Shown: positions 36,701 through 45,775 of the stretch, piece after piece
How the letters are laid out: every line of letters starts with the position of its first letter
Numbering within the stretch: position 1 is the first letter of the stretch
Source: Spirochaetia bacterium
Lineage (GTDB): Bacteria > Spirochaetota > Spirochaetia > Treponematales > UBA12059
Reading direction: 5' to 3'
Length of the DNA stretch: 64,000 nucleotides
Assembly: GCA_034003955.1 (NCBI GenBank)
Contig: JAVEXO010000008.1
Location: 894-64,893, forward strand
Made by a program: the position numbers and the translations under genes
Notes under the pieces: model-generated
What the model was told of the DNA's origin: nothing
Seen by the model: the letters and a program-made list of their open reading frames with translations, nothing else
The model's database searches: none

Positions 36701-38101
36701 GACGCCGTAGTAGACATGCCCTTCCTGTTTACGGCTATAGGCCTTCCTATAGTCAAGGCCGATGCGGGCATAGGCAGAGGCTCGCTCAAGATTCGAGGCA
36801 AGGCGATAGACCCCACGGTTGAGGGCATGTTCAATTTTGAAGGCCTGTACCTGTCGGTTCCTGAGTATGTATCTGAACCCATAGGGCCCTTCCTCGATCC
36901 TCTCTATTTTACCGGCAGGAACATGGAAACCTTGCAGTCTGATGTTGTCTGCGGAGATGCGCTCGTTCAGGCTTCATTGGAGGCGACCCTACAGGGTGGC
37001 ATTCCAGGCGATATTCATCTGACGGTTAAGACATTAAGCGAAGGCTTTGTTCCCATGGCCCTGAAGCTTCTTGGGCTCGATATAACAGGCTTGGCCAAGC
37101 CAGATCTTGTCATAGATGCTCGCGCGGATGGAGCCAGCATCAACGGGACGGTGGAGATGGCTACCGGCGATATAGTCTTGACGACGGGGTTGGCCAGGCA
37201 GGGGCCCGTCTCTAATGAAGAAGGGAACCTTTCAGGCTCCCTCGGCTTATCCTTTGGAAGGACAGTCAGGGTGTATTTCCCGGACAAGCGCCTGCCCGTC
37301 ATAGTCGGACAGGTTGATCCATCCAGTCGCCTCGATGTGTCGTTTGATACCAATCAGGGTGACTTTAGCCTGAAGGGCGCAACAGTGTTACGTGGCGGAT
37401 CGGTCTTCTATATACAGAGGAATTTCTACCTTAAGTATGCGACCATAGACTTCGACGAGGATGCCTACCAGTTCGATCCAAAGATAAGCCTGGAAGCCGA
37501 GACACGAACGAATTCTGGAACGGGGCAAGTACTCGTGACGCTTCGCGCAGAAGATTCCAGGCTGTCAAGCCTATCATTCTCCCTGGAATCGCTTCCTAGT
37601 CTGTCTGAGTCAAACATACAGCAGCTTCTAGGGCAAAACCTGATAGGAGGCACCCGCGATGGGGGGCTGACAGGCCGGGTGATAGTCGAGAATCTCGATA
37701 TAATACCTCAGCTCAATGTCGTTTCTATACTGGAACGTAACCTGCAGTCTGTTCTGGGGCTCGACTTATTTGTCGTTAGATCACAACTGGTCCAACGCTG
37801 GCTCTATGATTTCTCAGGGCTTTCCGGCGCCGACGAGGTGACGAGCCTGGCCGATTATCTAGACGACACGGCCATCGTTGGTGGCAAGTACATTGGAGAC
37901 AAGCTATTCCTCCAGGTAATGCTGTCACTGGTTTCCGATCCGCTTGCATCGACGAGCACCTTGAGTCTAGACTCCGACATCAGTATAGAATGGAAGGCTC
38001 CACATTTTACTCTCAACTGGAGCATGAGGCCCGAGCATCCAGAATCGTTGTTTATAGAAGATCAATCGTTCTCCTTCTTGTGGAGAATCCCCCTAAAATG
38101 A
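33767..38101 (+). CDS. tamB: translocation and assembly module subunit TamB-like protein (AsmA-like, DUF490 C-terminus)
   Basis: It is 1444 aa. The N-terminal anchor is VVTTLLVLASAVLIVVLAPLAL. A long beta-rich body follows. The C-terminus ends ...GGKYIGDKLFLQVMLS...ISIEWKAPHFTLNWSM. It lies immediately upstream of bamA-skp, which I recall as the arrangement described for spirochetes. A GTG start is used. Confidence 0.78.
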   Translation: MKFRAEAPGVVTTLLVLASAVLIVVLAPLALSGVASAVAGALESRLSPLLEGLEVSLSYDEASPRLLGYIEVRGVKLGYGGLPLLSADKVRLHYDLAEALRGRFDVSLIRVEELVVDSSYERLASLWSRVSEKFPAEAKGSVSQDRRAFAPNIEMRRSRLRLSLDDGAFVEASIRMADVVLLQGGSIQASLAGTMSAFDPTRRYFLERAELPFSATGMFKPEPLELSMAVELAMTSDQGSLARTRLAVEFEEGMLRTFIAPGSGLKRLGVEWNSDTKRLAVDAAFYNWMPLSLFVPSGELKPIVPWLESGYSGSLSVNTDLSPKGTSIMVDVSGRVPLDVPGGKPRIYLEADGSWDDIRVGTALLTNDVFALRFNGQLTPYNLGASGSLQASYLVAPGVKAEASFDVFGSDASWFAYAPTIGAADAMLRDATISLELGGQSVAFYIDSALPYLESSDTAAYGTPGLESVEAASSAVTSRIVIEGEASLGASPYIELAIRLGVLRMEAFPLLLESLLGSDGAGLLAPLKLEGDLAVYSDFKDLSYNASRLLLVYDGLLDGFGVVSFSGGRDRLDIGSLDATIAGFTVIGEGSVDYGSRGATGFRTSFKVQGIPYALSGAFIDGTTIISGDYGLHVLASAQSGVLGASLEVADMPVPFLETVSFLSASANVRVLSSSDWRVVLNSMSLVQPPGSIRLVPSLYLSGSFDETGGRLGTLRYTDVISTLNGSADVTWALVDGFRVSATANLSGIDGEYYFVDGEYTGDGSIDAVVSMRKASLSRLSIPALQGVIDLDSTLSGSFDDPTARFSFTVNGGQRAASMPFLSGTGEYGERTLQLADTRIRVGQQSVSGLEARYNFSSAEARLHADVALRLGTNELSASLVASGMPLSDAPEGATPFDDYSISGVLNNARWIEDALGDVPFALTALKGELQLSLGADDQLKARLGPSGEISLMLDPSLPVSLLAQGRIVDSFLSLDVSDAVVDMPFLFTAIGLPIVKADAGIGRGSLKIRGKAIDPTVEGMFNFEGLYLSVPEYVSEPIGPFLDPLYFTGRNMETLQSDVVCGDALVQASLEATLQGGIPGDIHLTVKTLSEGFVPMALKLLGLDITGLAKPDLVIDARADGASINGTVEMATGDIVLTTGLARQGPVSNEEGNLSGSLGLSFGRTVRVYFPDKRLPVIVGQVDPSSRLDVSFDTNQGDFSLKGATVLRGGSVFYIQRNFYLKYATIDFDEDAYQFDPKISLEAETRTNSGTGQVLVTLRAEDSRLSSLSFSLESLPSLSESNIQQLLGQNLIGGTRDGGLTGRVIVENLDIIPQLNVVSILERNLQSVLGLDLFVVRSQLVQRWLYDFSGLSGADEVTSLADYLDDTAIVGGKYIGDKLFLQVMLSLVSDPLASTSTLSLDSDISIEWKAPHFTLNWSMRPEHPESLFIEDQSFSFLWRIPLK

Positions 38102-38115
38102 GGAAGGTACTAGGT

Positions 38116-40620
38116 ATGAAGCGAATTGTAACAATACTCATCCTGTTAGTGGTAGGAAATGCGGTTTTTGCGCAAACCACCCCGGATTGGTACGTCGGAA
38201 AGCCTATCAAGGATATACGTTTTGATGGACTCATCGTGGTTCCCTCCAAGGATCTTTCTCCTCTTATAAAGGAGTTCAAGGGTAAGGAATTCAGTGACGA
38301 ATTGTGGATGAGTCTGCTAGCCAGGGTCTATGAACTGGATTACTTCGAGAGCGTCGAGCCTGAAGCCGTACCTTCTGACGCGGCAGGCAAGGCGGTGATA
38401 ATCATGTTCAGGGTCAAGGAGAAGCCTGCGGTGACGAGCGTGTCACTCGTCGGTAATACCGGTCTTCGTAGCCAGGAGATTCTGGATTCTCTGAGCGTCA
38501 AGGAACGGACAATATTCAATGATTCCAGGCTGAGGCTCGACGAGATTGCGCTTAGGAGGCTGTATCAGAGCAAGGGCTTTCCCGATGTTACTGTAGTAGC
38601 CTCGAGTGAAGTGCAGGCAAGCGGCAATCTTGTCGTTACCTTTACCATCGATGAAGGCATAAGGAATGTCGTCGAGAGTCTGCAATTTGAGGGTGTAGAG
38701 TCTATATCGCAGAATACACTCAAGAGGGAACTAAAGCTAAAGGAAAAGGGCTTGTTCCAGCCCGGTGAATTCAATGAAGGCAAACTCGAGGAGAGTAGGC
38801 GAGCCGTAGAAACATACTACAAGAATCGTGGCTATGTAGACGCCAGGATAGTCGATGTCAGGCGAGAGGCTACACCCGCAGAAAAGGGTGACTCAATGCG
38901 TCTGTCCCTGACATTTGTGGTGGAGGAGGGGCGGCGCTACCTGTTTGGAGGCCTGGGCTTCACGGGTAACACCCTCTATTCAGATGAGGAACTCGGTGCC
39001 CTGGTTCGCCAGCCGCTTGGTTCTGTCTTCAATTACGATAGACTCATGCAGGATCAATCGAGAGCGGCCGATCTGTATTTTGAGAATGGCTACATTTTCA
39101 ATGGCTTTAAGTTACTTGATTCCCGCGATGAGGAGCGTGGCCAAATCTCCTATACACTGGAGATAGAGGAGAGACCTCAGGCCCATATTGAGGACATCAT
39201 ATTCAGAGGCAACACCAAGACAAAGGAATTTGTCTTACGTAGGCTCGTATCCCTTGAGCCAGGAGAAATATTCTCAAAGACAAAGGTGCTTGAAAGCCTT
39301 AAAAACCTGTATAACACACAGTACTTCTCCTCAATAATCCCTGAATACGAACAAGGAAGCCAGGATCTGTACGTCGATCTTATCATTGGCGTAGAGGAAC
39401 AGAGCACGGCTTCAATCCAGTTTGGCCTGACCTATGCGCCTAGTACTGCCGGTTTCCCAATAATTGGCCTTGTCAACTGGAGCGACATAAATTTCAGGGG
39501 AGCCGGCCAGACCATAGCCCTCAAGACTAATCTTGCCATAGAATCCCAGGATCTTTCTTTCTCATTCAGTGACGATTGGCTCTTTGGCAAACGACTGTCC
39601 GGGGCCGTAGAGTTCTCCTTTAAGCACGAGAACCTGAGTGCGTTCCAGGATTCATCGGGAGTCATATTTGATTATGCCGATCCATCAAGGGTGCCCGATC
39701 CTTACGATAATTATGCCGAATATGAGGCCGCCGGTAAGGTTGTCCCGGATACGTATCTCATGCAGTATGATACATGGACCTTCAGCCTGGGCTACTCGAG
39801 CGGTTATCGCTTCGAGACGCCTTTTGGTACCGTAGGTCTAGTACCAGGAGTGAACCATGAGCTTGGTACAAAGACATACAAGGCGGATCTATACAGACCC
39901 TTCGATTTCACCATTGCGACTAACCTCAACACCTGGCTTACATCCAATACCATCTATGGCCGGGCCTACATTAACAAGCTCGATCTATGGTACGACCCAT
40001 CCAATGGTTATTACGCCAGCCAGAGGTTAGGCCTGACAGGTTGGTTCAATGGTGAACTAAACCAATTCATTCGTAGCGATACTCGGCTTGACGCCTATGT
40101 GACGCTATTCAACATTCCTTTCTCCGCGGCATACAACCTCAAGGGAGTACTGGGAGCCCACTCTAAATTCTCAACTATCGTCAAACAACCATGGAGGGAC
40201 GGCATTGCGGTGTCTGATTCCAAGATGCTGTCAATAGACGGAACATTCGTGGGTCGCGGATGGTCGAGCCTTTCTGGTTATTCAGGCTCGTCTCTTTGGG
40301 ACAATTGGCTTGAGCTGCGTCTTCCCGTGGTTCCAAGCATCCTGTCGCTGGACGGCTTCATAAGCGCCGCCTTGGTTGGTGGAGAAACGGGAATCCTTGA
40401 TGTCGCCAGCCTTTCAACGGGTGGCGCTGCCTATGACAATGGAGCGATGAAACTGGGAGATTTCGCCTTCAGTACTGGCGTAGGGCTTCGTTTCATAATA
40501 ATCCAATTCCCGTTCAGGGTATATTTTGCAAAACAATTCGTATACGACGAAGGAACTGGGTTCAAGTTTACAGACAAGGACTGGCAGTTCGTCTTAAGCG
40601 TCACCACAAGCCTGGATTAA
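38116..40620 (+). CDS. bamA: outer membrane protein assembly factor BamA (POTRA repeats + Omp85 barrel)
   Basis: The signal peptide is MKRIVTILILLVVGNAVFA-Q. POTRA strings are present (IKDIRFDGL..., VTSVSLVGNTGL..., VESLQFEGVE..., FGGLGFTGNT..., IEDIIFRGNTKT). A C-terminal barrel follows. GAGGAAGG lies 7 nt upstream. ATG 38098 is an alternative start that overlaps the tamB stop. Confidence 0.9.
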   Translation: MKRIVTILILLVVGNAVFAQTTPDWYVGKPIKDIRFDGLIVVPSKDLSPLIKEFKGKEFSDELWMSLLARVYELDYFESVEPEAVPSDAAGKAVIIMFRVKEKPAVTSVSLVGNTGLRSQEILDSLSVKERTIFNDSRLRLDEIALRRLYQSKGFPDVTVVASSEVQASGNLVVTFTIDEGIRNVVESLQFEGVESISQNTLKRELKLKEKGLFQPGEFNEGKLEESRRAVETYYKNRGYVDARIVDVRREATPAEKGDSMRLSLTFVVEEGRRYLFGGLGFTGNTLYSDEELGALVRQPLGSVFNYDRLMQDQSRAADLYFENGYIFNGFKLLDSRDEERGQISYTLEIEERPQAHIEDIIFRGNTKTKEFVLRRLVSLEPGEIFSKTKVLESLKNLYNTQYFSSIIPEYEQGSQDLYVDLIIGVEEQSTASIQFGLTYAPSTAGFPIIGLVNWSDINFRGAGQTIALKTNLAIESQDLSFSFSDDWLFGKRLSGAVEFSFKHENLSAFQDSSGVIFDYADPSRVPDPYDNYAEYEAAGKVVPDTYLMQYDTWTFSLGYSSGYRFETPFGTVGLVPGVNHELGTKTYKADLYRPFDFTIATNLNTWLTSNTIYGRAYINKLDLWYDPSNGYYASQRLGLTGWFNGELNQFIRSDTRLDAYVTLFNIPFSAAYNLKGVLGAHSKFSTIVKQPWRDGIAVSDSKMLSIDGTFVGRGWSSLSGYSGSSLWDNWLELRLPVVPSILSLDGFISAALVGGETGILDVASLSTGGAAYDNGAMKLGDFAFSTGVGLRFIIIQFPFRVYFAKQFVYDEGTGFKFTDKDWQFVLSVTTSLD

Positions 40621-40681
40621 TGATCAAACCGGAGTGCCCCGTACTGGGGCGCTTCGGGTAAGTGCCATGAGGGAGAGCCCT

Positions 40682-41212
40682 ATGAATAAAAGAACACTAG
40701 TAGCCATAGCCATGATAGGTCTGTGTGCCCAGGCTTTTGCGCAACAAATAACGCGCGTCGCCGTGATAGACCTACAAAAGGTCTATACGACCTACTACAA
40801 GGACTCCCAGGCAGTCAGGGCTCTCGAGGAAGAGAAGCTGAGGGTCAACGAAGAGATAAAACGCCTGAGTGAAGAGATAAAGGATCTTCAGCGCCAGCGC
40901 CTGCAAATGGTAGGCTCCAGCGACGCTCAGAGTCTCAAGGCATTCGATGAGAGGCTGTACGGCAAGGCTCAATTCCTCTCTGACTATGTCAAGATAAAAC
41001 AAGCCGACATAGACGCCAAGGCTCAGGCATTGTCACAAGGCGACGCCTTCGTCCAGATGCTGTACAGGACCGTACAGACTATTTCCGAGGCCGATGGCTT
41101 CTCTCTTGTTATAAGTTCTAGGGATGCCGCGACGACGGGCACATCGGTGATATGGTTTAGTCCCATGATAGACATAACAGACAAGGTTATCCAGGCTCTG
41201 CTTGGTAGCTGA
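40682..41212 (+). CDS. skp: periplasmic chaperone Skp/OmpH
   Basis: The signal peptide is MNKRTLVAIAMIGLCAQAFA-Q. A coiled-coil OmpH-like body follows (VAVIDLQKVYTTYYKDSQAVRALEEEK...). It sits after bamA. Confidence 0.8.
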   Translation: MNKRTLVAIAMIGLCAQAFAQQITRVAVIDLQKVYTTYYKDSQAVRALEEEKLRVNEEIKRLSEEIKDLQRQRLQMVGSSDAQSLKAFDERLYGKAQFLSDYVKIKQADIDAKAQALSQGDAFVQMLYRTVQTISEADGFSLVISSRDAATTGTSVIWFSPMIDITDKVIQALLGS

Positions 41213-41234
41213 GGGAGCCTTGTTACCGGGTACC

Positions 41235-41732
41235 CTATTCCTTGGTATCTTCCTTTTCCGCGGCATCACGCAGGATAGAGCGTAATGAGGAGAATCGTTG
41301 TTCATTCTCCTCTGAAAGCTCCATGAGTTCCTCATGAGCCCTCAGTATGAAACCTGCCCTGGCCTTCTTGCCTGCGCCTAGTTGTTCAAGAGGCTCGGGG
41401 AATGGAACGCCTGTATCTACAATGTTTATAAGCCTAGCGACTCCTATTGTCTTGAGTAGCTTAAGGCATGTCTCGTTGAGGCCAATGAGCGTTATGGGGT
41501 GATCCGAGAAGCGCAAGAAGCGCTTGTTGAAACCAACGATCAGACCCATGAAGGTAGAATCCATGTATTCGCAATTCGTCATATCCATGTAGACGTCTTC
41601 TACCGCAGGCTTGGCCTCTAGCCTGTCGAACACGCGAGCCTTAATCTCGGTACAGGAATTGGCGCTTACATGACCCTGTGCGCGGATGTAAATGCGATTG
41701 TTTGTTTCCTTGATGAATAGGGCTTCTTCCAC
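41235..41732 (-). CDS. STAS-domain protein (anti-sigma-factor-antagonist fold) with about 50-aa C-terminal extension
   Basis: IYIRAQGHVSANSCTEIKARVF...VYMDMTNCEYMDSTFMGLIVGFNKRF...ITLIGLNETCLKLLKTIGV matches the STAS/SpoIIAA pattern. No partner kinase or phosphatase gene is adjacent. Confidence 0.62.
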   Translation of the reverse strand: MEEALFIKETNNRIYIRAQGHVSANSCTEIKARVFDRLEAKPAVEDVYMDMTNCEYMDSTFMGLIVGFNKRFLRFSDHPITLIGLNETCLKLLKTIGVARLINIVDTGVPFPEPLEQLGAGKKARAGFILRAHEELMELSEENEQRFSSLRSILRDAAEKEDTKE

Positions 41733-41788
41733 GCTCGCCTCGTATATGCAGAGATGACTCGGTTACTTTATTCTGTTTCCGGCCTCGA

Positions 41789-41817
41789 TTGTATCCTAGT
41801 CCAACTTACCCTATAAT
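41789..41817 (+). promoter_or_regulatory. candidate sigma70-type promoter of mutS (would give a near-leaderless mRNA)
   Basis: TTGTAT (41789-41794), a 17-nt spacer, then TATAAT (41812-41817). Only 9 nt separate the -10 from ATG 41827, and no Shine-Dalgarno lies between them. Confidence 0.35.
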
Positions 41818-41826
41818 GCAACGACC

Positions 41827-44433
41827 ATGGCCGAACAGCTACCCCTTTTGGAACAATATGACCGCATAAAGGCTCTCCACCGTGATGAGATTCTATTCTT
41901 CAGGCTTGGTGATTTCTATGAGATGTTCTACGGGGACGCCATAGAGGCCAGCGCCCTTCTAAGCCTCACCTTGACTCATAGGCAGAACGCCCCCATGTGC
42001 GGCGTTCCACACCATGCGGCCAGGGGCTATATAGCCAGGCTGCTACGAGCGGGGAGAAAGGTAGCTGTCTGCGAGCAATTGACGGCACCCGGCAAAGGCA
42101 AAGGCATCATAGAGCGCGGAGTCGTAGAGGTTATAACGCCAGGGAGCGTCGTAGATGACGACTATCTGGAATCAGGAGCCAACAACTACATCCTGGCCTT
42201 TGGTGTCTTCAATGAAAGCCTTTCTCTTGCATGGGCAGACGCCTCCACGGGAGAATTCCAGGCAGAATCATTCCCGCGCGACGATCTTGGCCGTTTAAGA
42301 CGCCAGATATACAGGCTCTCCCCTCGAGAGGCCTTGGTCAGGGAGTCGGTTCTTGACGACGATGCCATAGCACGGATCCTGTCCGAGTATCCTGGCATTG
42401 TGCTCAATAGATACCCTGACTGGACCTTCTCCCTGGAGCAGGGGCGTTCTGTTCTGCTTAAGCATTTTGGAACGAAGAGTCTCAAAGGGTTTGGCTTCGA
42501 CGACAATGATCCTGCCCTGGCCGCTGCGGGTATGGTCCTTGAGTATCTTCATGATTCGGCACAGGCCCCGATGTCGCAGTTTCGCAGTCTGCGCGGTTCT
42601 GAAGACGAAAACTATGTGAGCATCGATGAGTCAAGCCAGAAGAATCTGGAGATAGTAAGGAACCTTCGTGATGGTAGCTTAGCCTTCAGTCTCCTGGGTG
42701 TCGTAGACTATACACGCACGGCCATGGGCGCCCGAGCCATACGCGACCGTCTCCAGCGTCCATTGCGCTCCGTGAGCCGCATAGACGAGAGGCTCGATGC
42801 CGTAGACGCCCTGTATCGTGATCAGAGATCGCTCGAACGGCTTCGCTCGGCACTCGGTTCATGCCGTGACCTGGAGCGTCTTGCCTCCAGGCTGGCCATG
42901 GACAGGGCCAAGCCTAAGGATCTCATAGCCCTGCGTGATACCCTCAAGGCGGCTCTGACGCTTGGGGTTGCCATGCCTTCCAATGCACCACCCAGTCTCT
43001 CTCTGCTGTCGGATGACGACAGAAGGGCCCGGGCAGCGAGTCTCGTGGAGACGGTCAGCAAGGCCATAGACGACGATCCGGCCCCTTCCCCTTCAGATGG
43101 CCCGGTGATCAAGGCTGGCTGGAACGTAGAGTTAGACGAGCTGAGGGCACTACGGGCGGATGCACATGGAGTCCTGGAAACCTATCTACAGGAAGAACGG
43201 GAAGCCACCGGCCTTTCGGGTCTCAGGGTCAAGTACAACAAGATACTAGGATACTATCTTGAGCTGTCAAAGGGCGTGGCTCATGGAGCACCGGAACACT
43301 TCATACGCCGCCAGACAGTCGCCAACGCAGAGCGATACAGCACCGAGCGTCTATCAGAACTTGAGTCTGAGATACACGGCGCCGCAGAACGTATAGTCGA
43401 GCTGGAACGCACGCTCTTCCTGGAGCTTCGATCCAGTCTCAGACCCTACGCATCGGAGCTGTTCGACGCCGCGCAAGAGCTGGCAGGAATAGACTGCGCG
43501 GCGTCCTTTGCATGGGCGGCTACGGTTCACGGGTATACCCGCCCTCTCGTCGATGAGTCTCTAGCCCTCTCAATCGCGGGAGGCCGGCATCCGGTGGTTG
43601 AAGCCTACCTATCGGCGGGTGAATTTGTTCCAAACGACCTGGAGCTCGACGCCGATGGCACGGGCTTTGCCCTCATAACCGGTCCTAATATGGCCGGCAA
43701 ATCCACCTACTTACGGCAGAATGCTCTTATCACCCTCCTGGCTCAAGCCGGATCCTTCGTGCCGGCACGATCGGCGCGTATAGGACTCGTGGACAGGATC
43801 TTTTGCAGGGTAGGAGCCCAGGACAACCTCGCCAGAGGAGAGTCAACCTTCCTCCTGGAGATGCATGAGACGGCAAGCATACTCAACAATGCAGGGCCAA
43901 GAAGCCTTGTCATAATGGATGAGGTAGGGCGAGGAACGGGCACACTCGATGGTCTATCCCTGGCCTGGGCCATAAGCGAACACGTGCTTGACAGCTGCCT
44001 CTCGCGCACCCTGTTTGCCACGCACTACCACGAATTGACGGCCATCCGTCATGAGCGGCTCGTAGATCTTTCTATGGCCGTTGAGGAGAGGGAGGGGGAG
44101 GTTGTTTTTTTAAAACGGGTGGCCAAGGGCCCCGCTACAGGATCCTACGGCATACATGTAGCCAGGCTGGCTGGTGTTCCGCTGTCTGTTGTGGCCCGCG
44201 CAAACGATATAAAGAATGCTCTCGAGGCCGATGAGCTAAGAACCATGACAACGAGTAGCGAGGAAGGTCCTTTGGTGAACGGTACCGTACGGCAGGCGGA
44301 ACCTGGCAGCCTCTTCTCGGTGGAGGAGCTGGTGCTGGAGGAGCTTAGAGCCATAGACACAGACAGGATGACGCCCATGGAGGCACTCTCAAGGCTTGCG
44401 GCTGTCAAGAAGGCCCTTGCGCCTAAGAATTAG
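41827..44433 (+). CDS. mutS: DNA mismatch repair protein MutS
   Basis: The mismatch-binding N-terminus reads QYDRIKALHRDEILFFRLGDFYEMFYGDA. Walker A is ITGPNMAGKST. Also present are DEVGRGT and FATHYHELT. Confidence 0.97.
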   Translation: MAEQLPLLEQYDRIKALHRDEILFFRLGDFYEMFYGDAIEASALLSLTLTHRQNAPMCGVPHHAARGYIARLLRAGRKVAVCEQLTAPGKGKGIIERGVVEVITPGSVVDDDYLESGANNYILAFGVFNESLSLAWADASTGEFQAESFPRDDLGRLRRQIYRLSPREALVRESVLDDDAIARILSEYPGIVLNRYPDWTFSLEQGRSVLLKHFGTKSLKGFGFDDNDPALAAAGMVLEYLHDSAQAPMSQFRSLRGSEDENYVSIDESSQKNLEIVRNLRDGSLAFSLLGVVDYTRTAMGARAIRDRLQRPLRSVSRIDERLDAVDALYRDQRSLERLRSALGSCRDLERLASRLAMDRAKPKDLIALRDTLKAALTLGVAMPSNAPPSLSLLSDDDRRARAASLVETVSKAIDDDPAPSPSDGPVIKAGWNVELDELRALRADAHGVLETYLQEEREATGLSGLRVKYNKILGYYLELSKGVAHGAPEHFIRRQTVANAERYSTERLSELESEIHGAAERIVELERTLFLELRSSLRPYASELFDAAQELAGIDCAASFAWAATVHGYTRPLVDESLALSIAGGRHPVVEAYLSAGEFVPNDLELDADGTGFALITGPNMAGKSTYLRQNALITLLAQAGSFVPARSARIGLVDRIFCRVGAQDNLARGESTFLLEMHETASILNNAGPRSLVIMDEVGRGTGTLDGLSLAWAISEHVLDSCLSRTLFATHYHELTAIRHERLVDLSMAVEEREGEVVFLKRVAKGPATGSYGIHVARLAGVPLSVVARANDIKNALEADELRTMTTSSEEGPLVNGTVRQAEPGSLFSVEELVLEELRAIDTDRMTPMEALSRLAAVKKALAPKN

Positions 44434-44472
44434 GAGTGAAAGCGAAAGGCATGGAGGGCACGTATACCCTGC

Positions 44473-45207
44473 ATGTCCCGGTTCATGGCTGTGCCATTGC
44501 ATTTCCTCGGCTCTATCATCGCACCCCGATACTGCGTGCTCTGTGCCTCTCCGCTTGGGGTTTCAGACGACTACCCCCTCTGTGATGCCTGCGCCAGAAC
44601 AGTCCTGGAGCAAGCCCAGGCCTGCGCCCGTCTTGAGCGATGCGCCTCCTGTGGAAAGCCCCTCATATCAGAACATGGTCGATGCACACGGTGTCGGGTA
44701 ACAACATACGGCTTTGACTCAGCCTTTCCCATCTACTCTTACTCCGGAGATGTGCGCCGCCTTATCCTGGCCTATAAGTCGGGTGGAAGAAGAAGTCTGG
44801 CTCTATTCTTCGCAGGGCTCGTAGCCACCGCGCTTGACGAGAGGTATCCTGGCAGGATCATAGTGCCTGTACCGCCGAGACACGGCAAGCTGAGACGCAA
44901 GGGCTGGGATCAGGTAGAGGACATAGTACGCATACTCGAGAGCCAACATGGCTATACGGTACGCAGGCTTCTCGTCCGCTCAGGCGGAAATCAGCAGAAG
45001 GCTCTTGGTTTGGAGGCCAGGGTTGCCAACATGCATGGCACGATACAAATTGGCAATGACATGTCTGGAAGACCCCACCGTATTCCCGATCAGCCTGTGC
45101 TCCTAGACGATGTATTGACGACAGGTGCTACGCTCTCTGCCTGTGCAGAGCTGCTTAAGGCGTCTGGATCATCCCGAGTGGACGCCATAGCCATCGCGGC
45201 CGATTGA
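44473..45207 (+). CDS. comF: ComF-family protein (zinc-finger + phosphoribosyltransferase domain)
   Basis: The N-terminal cysteine pairs are CVLC...CDAC and CASCG...CTRC. The PRTase motif is VLLDDVLTTGATL. Confidence 0.8.
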   Translation: MSRFMAVPLHFLGSIIAPRYCVLCASPLGVSDDYPLCDACARTVLEQAQACARLERCASCGKPLISEHGRCTRCRVTTYGFDSAFPIYSYSGDVRRLILAYKSGGRRSLALFFAGLVATALDERYPGRIIVPVPPRHGKLRRKGWDQVEDIVRILESQHGYTVRRLLVRSGGNQQKALGLEARVANMHGTIQIGNDMSGRPHRIPDQPVLLDDVLTTGATLSACAELLKASGSSRVDAIAIAAD

Positions 45208-45228
45208 GTACGGGGTCTAAAGCGCGTA

Positions 45229-45257
45229 TTGACTTAGCTAGGCTCGATGGCTATGAT
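45229..45257 (+). promoter_or_regulatory. candidate sigma70-type promoter of the rimP-nusA-infB operon
   Basis: TTGACT (45229-45234), exactly 17 nt, then TATGAT (45252-45257). This is the best consensus match I saw in the window. Confidence 0.45.
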
Positions 45258-45290
45258 GCTACTAGACATGGTTTTTCTTATTGGAGTTAA

Positions 45291-45318
45291 GAAGAGTCGT
45301 TAAAGCGGCTCTTTTTTT
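45291..45318 (+). terminator. terminator-like hairpin plus T7 run inside the rimP leader (possible attenuator)
   Basis: AGAGTCG (45293-45299) pairs with CGGCTCT (45306-45312), with one G-U pair and loop TTAAAG. It runs into TTTTTTT (45312-45318), 7 nt before ATG 45326. Confidence 0.45.
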
Positions 45319-45325
45319 ATAATGT

Positions 45326-45772
45326 ATGACAGAGTCCAACGAACTCTACAATGATATAGCCAGCCTCCTCTCGGGGCTAGGCATTGAACTGGTAGACTTA
45401 CAATTGAGCCCTAACAAGGGTTCCAGGAAAGCCAGCGCGGTCGTGTATTGCGCAAGCGGAACGGGGATAGACGAGTGCTCGAAGGCACATAGGCTCATAC
45501 AGGCTAGACTCGAAGCCGTATTAGGAAACGATGACTTTATCCTGGAGACTGCCTCTCCCGGCATAGACAGGACTATTCGTTCGCCTCGTGAGTACGCAGT
45601 CTTCGCAGGAAGAGGCGTACGCTTGTTTCTAGAGGATGAAGAAACCATTGAGGGCCGTATTGTGTCATCCGATGCTGTCTCGCTCGTTGTCAACAGCGCC
45701 GGCGAGGATAGGACAATCGCTATCGAAAGAATCAGAAAAGCAAAGCTCGATTATTCGCAGGAGGGTAGGTAA
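45326..45772 (+). CDS. rimP: ribosome maturation factor RimP
   Basis: LYNDIASLLSGLGIELVDLQL...ASPGIDRTIRSPREY matches the RimP pattern. It lies upstream of nusA. Confidence 0.9.
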   Translation: MTESNELYNDIASLLSGLGIELVDLQLSPNKGSRKASAVVYCASGTGIDECSKAHRLIQARLEAVLGNDDFILETASPGIDRTIRSPREYAVFAGRGVRLFLEDEETIEGRIVSSDAVSLVVNSAGEDRTIAIERIRKAKLDYSQEGR

Positions 45773-45775
45773 GCC

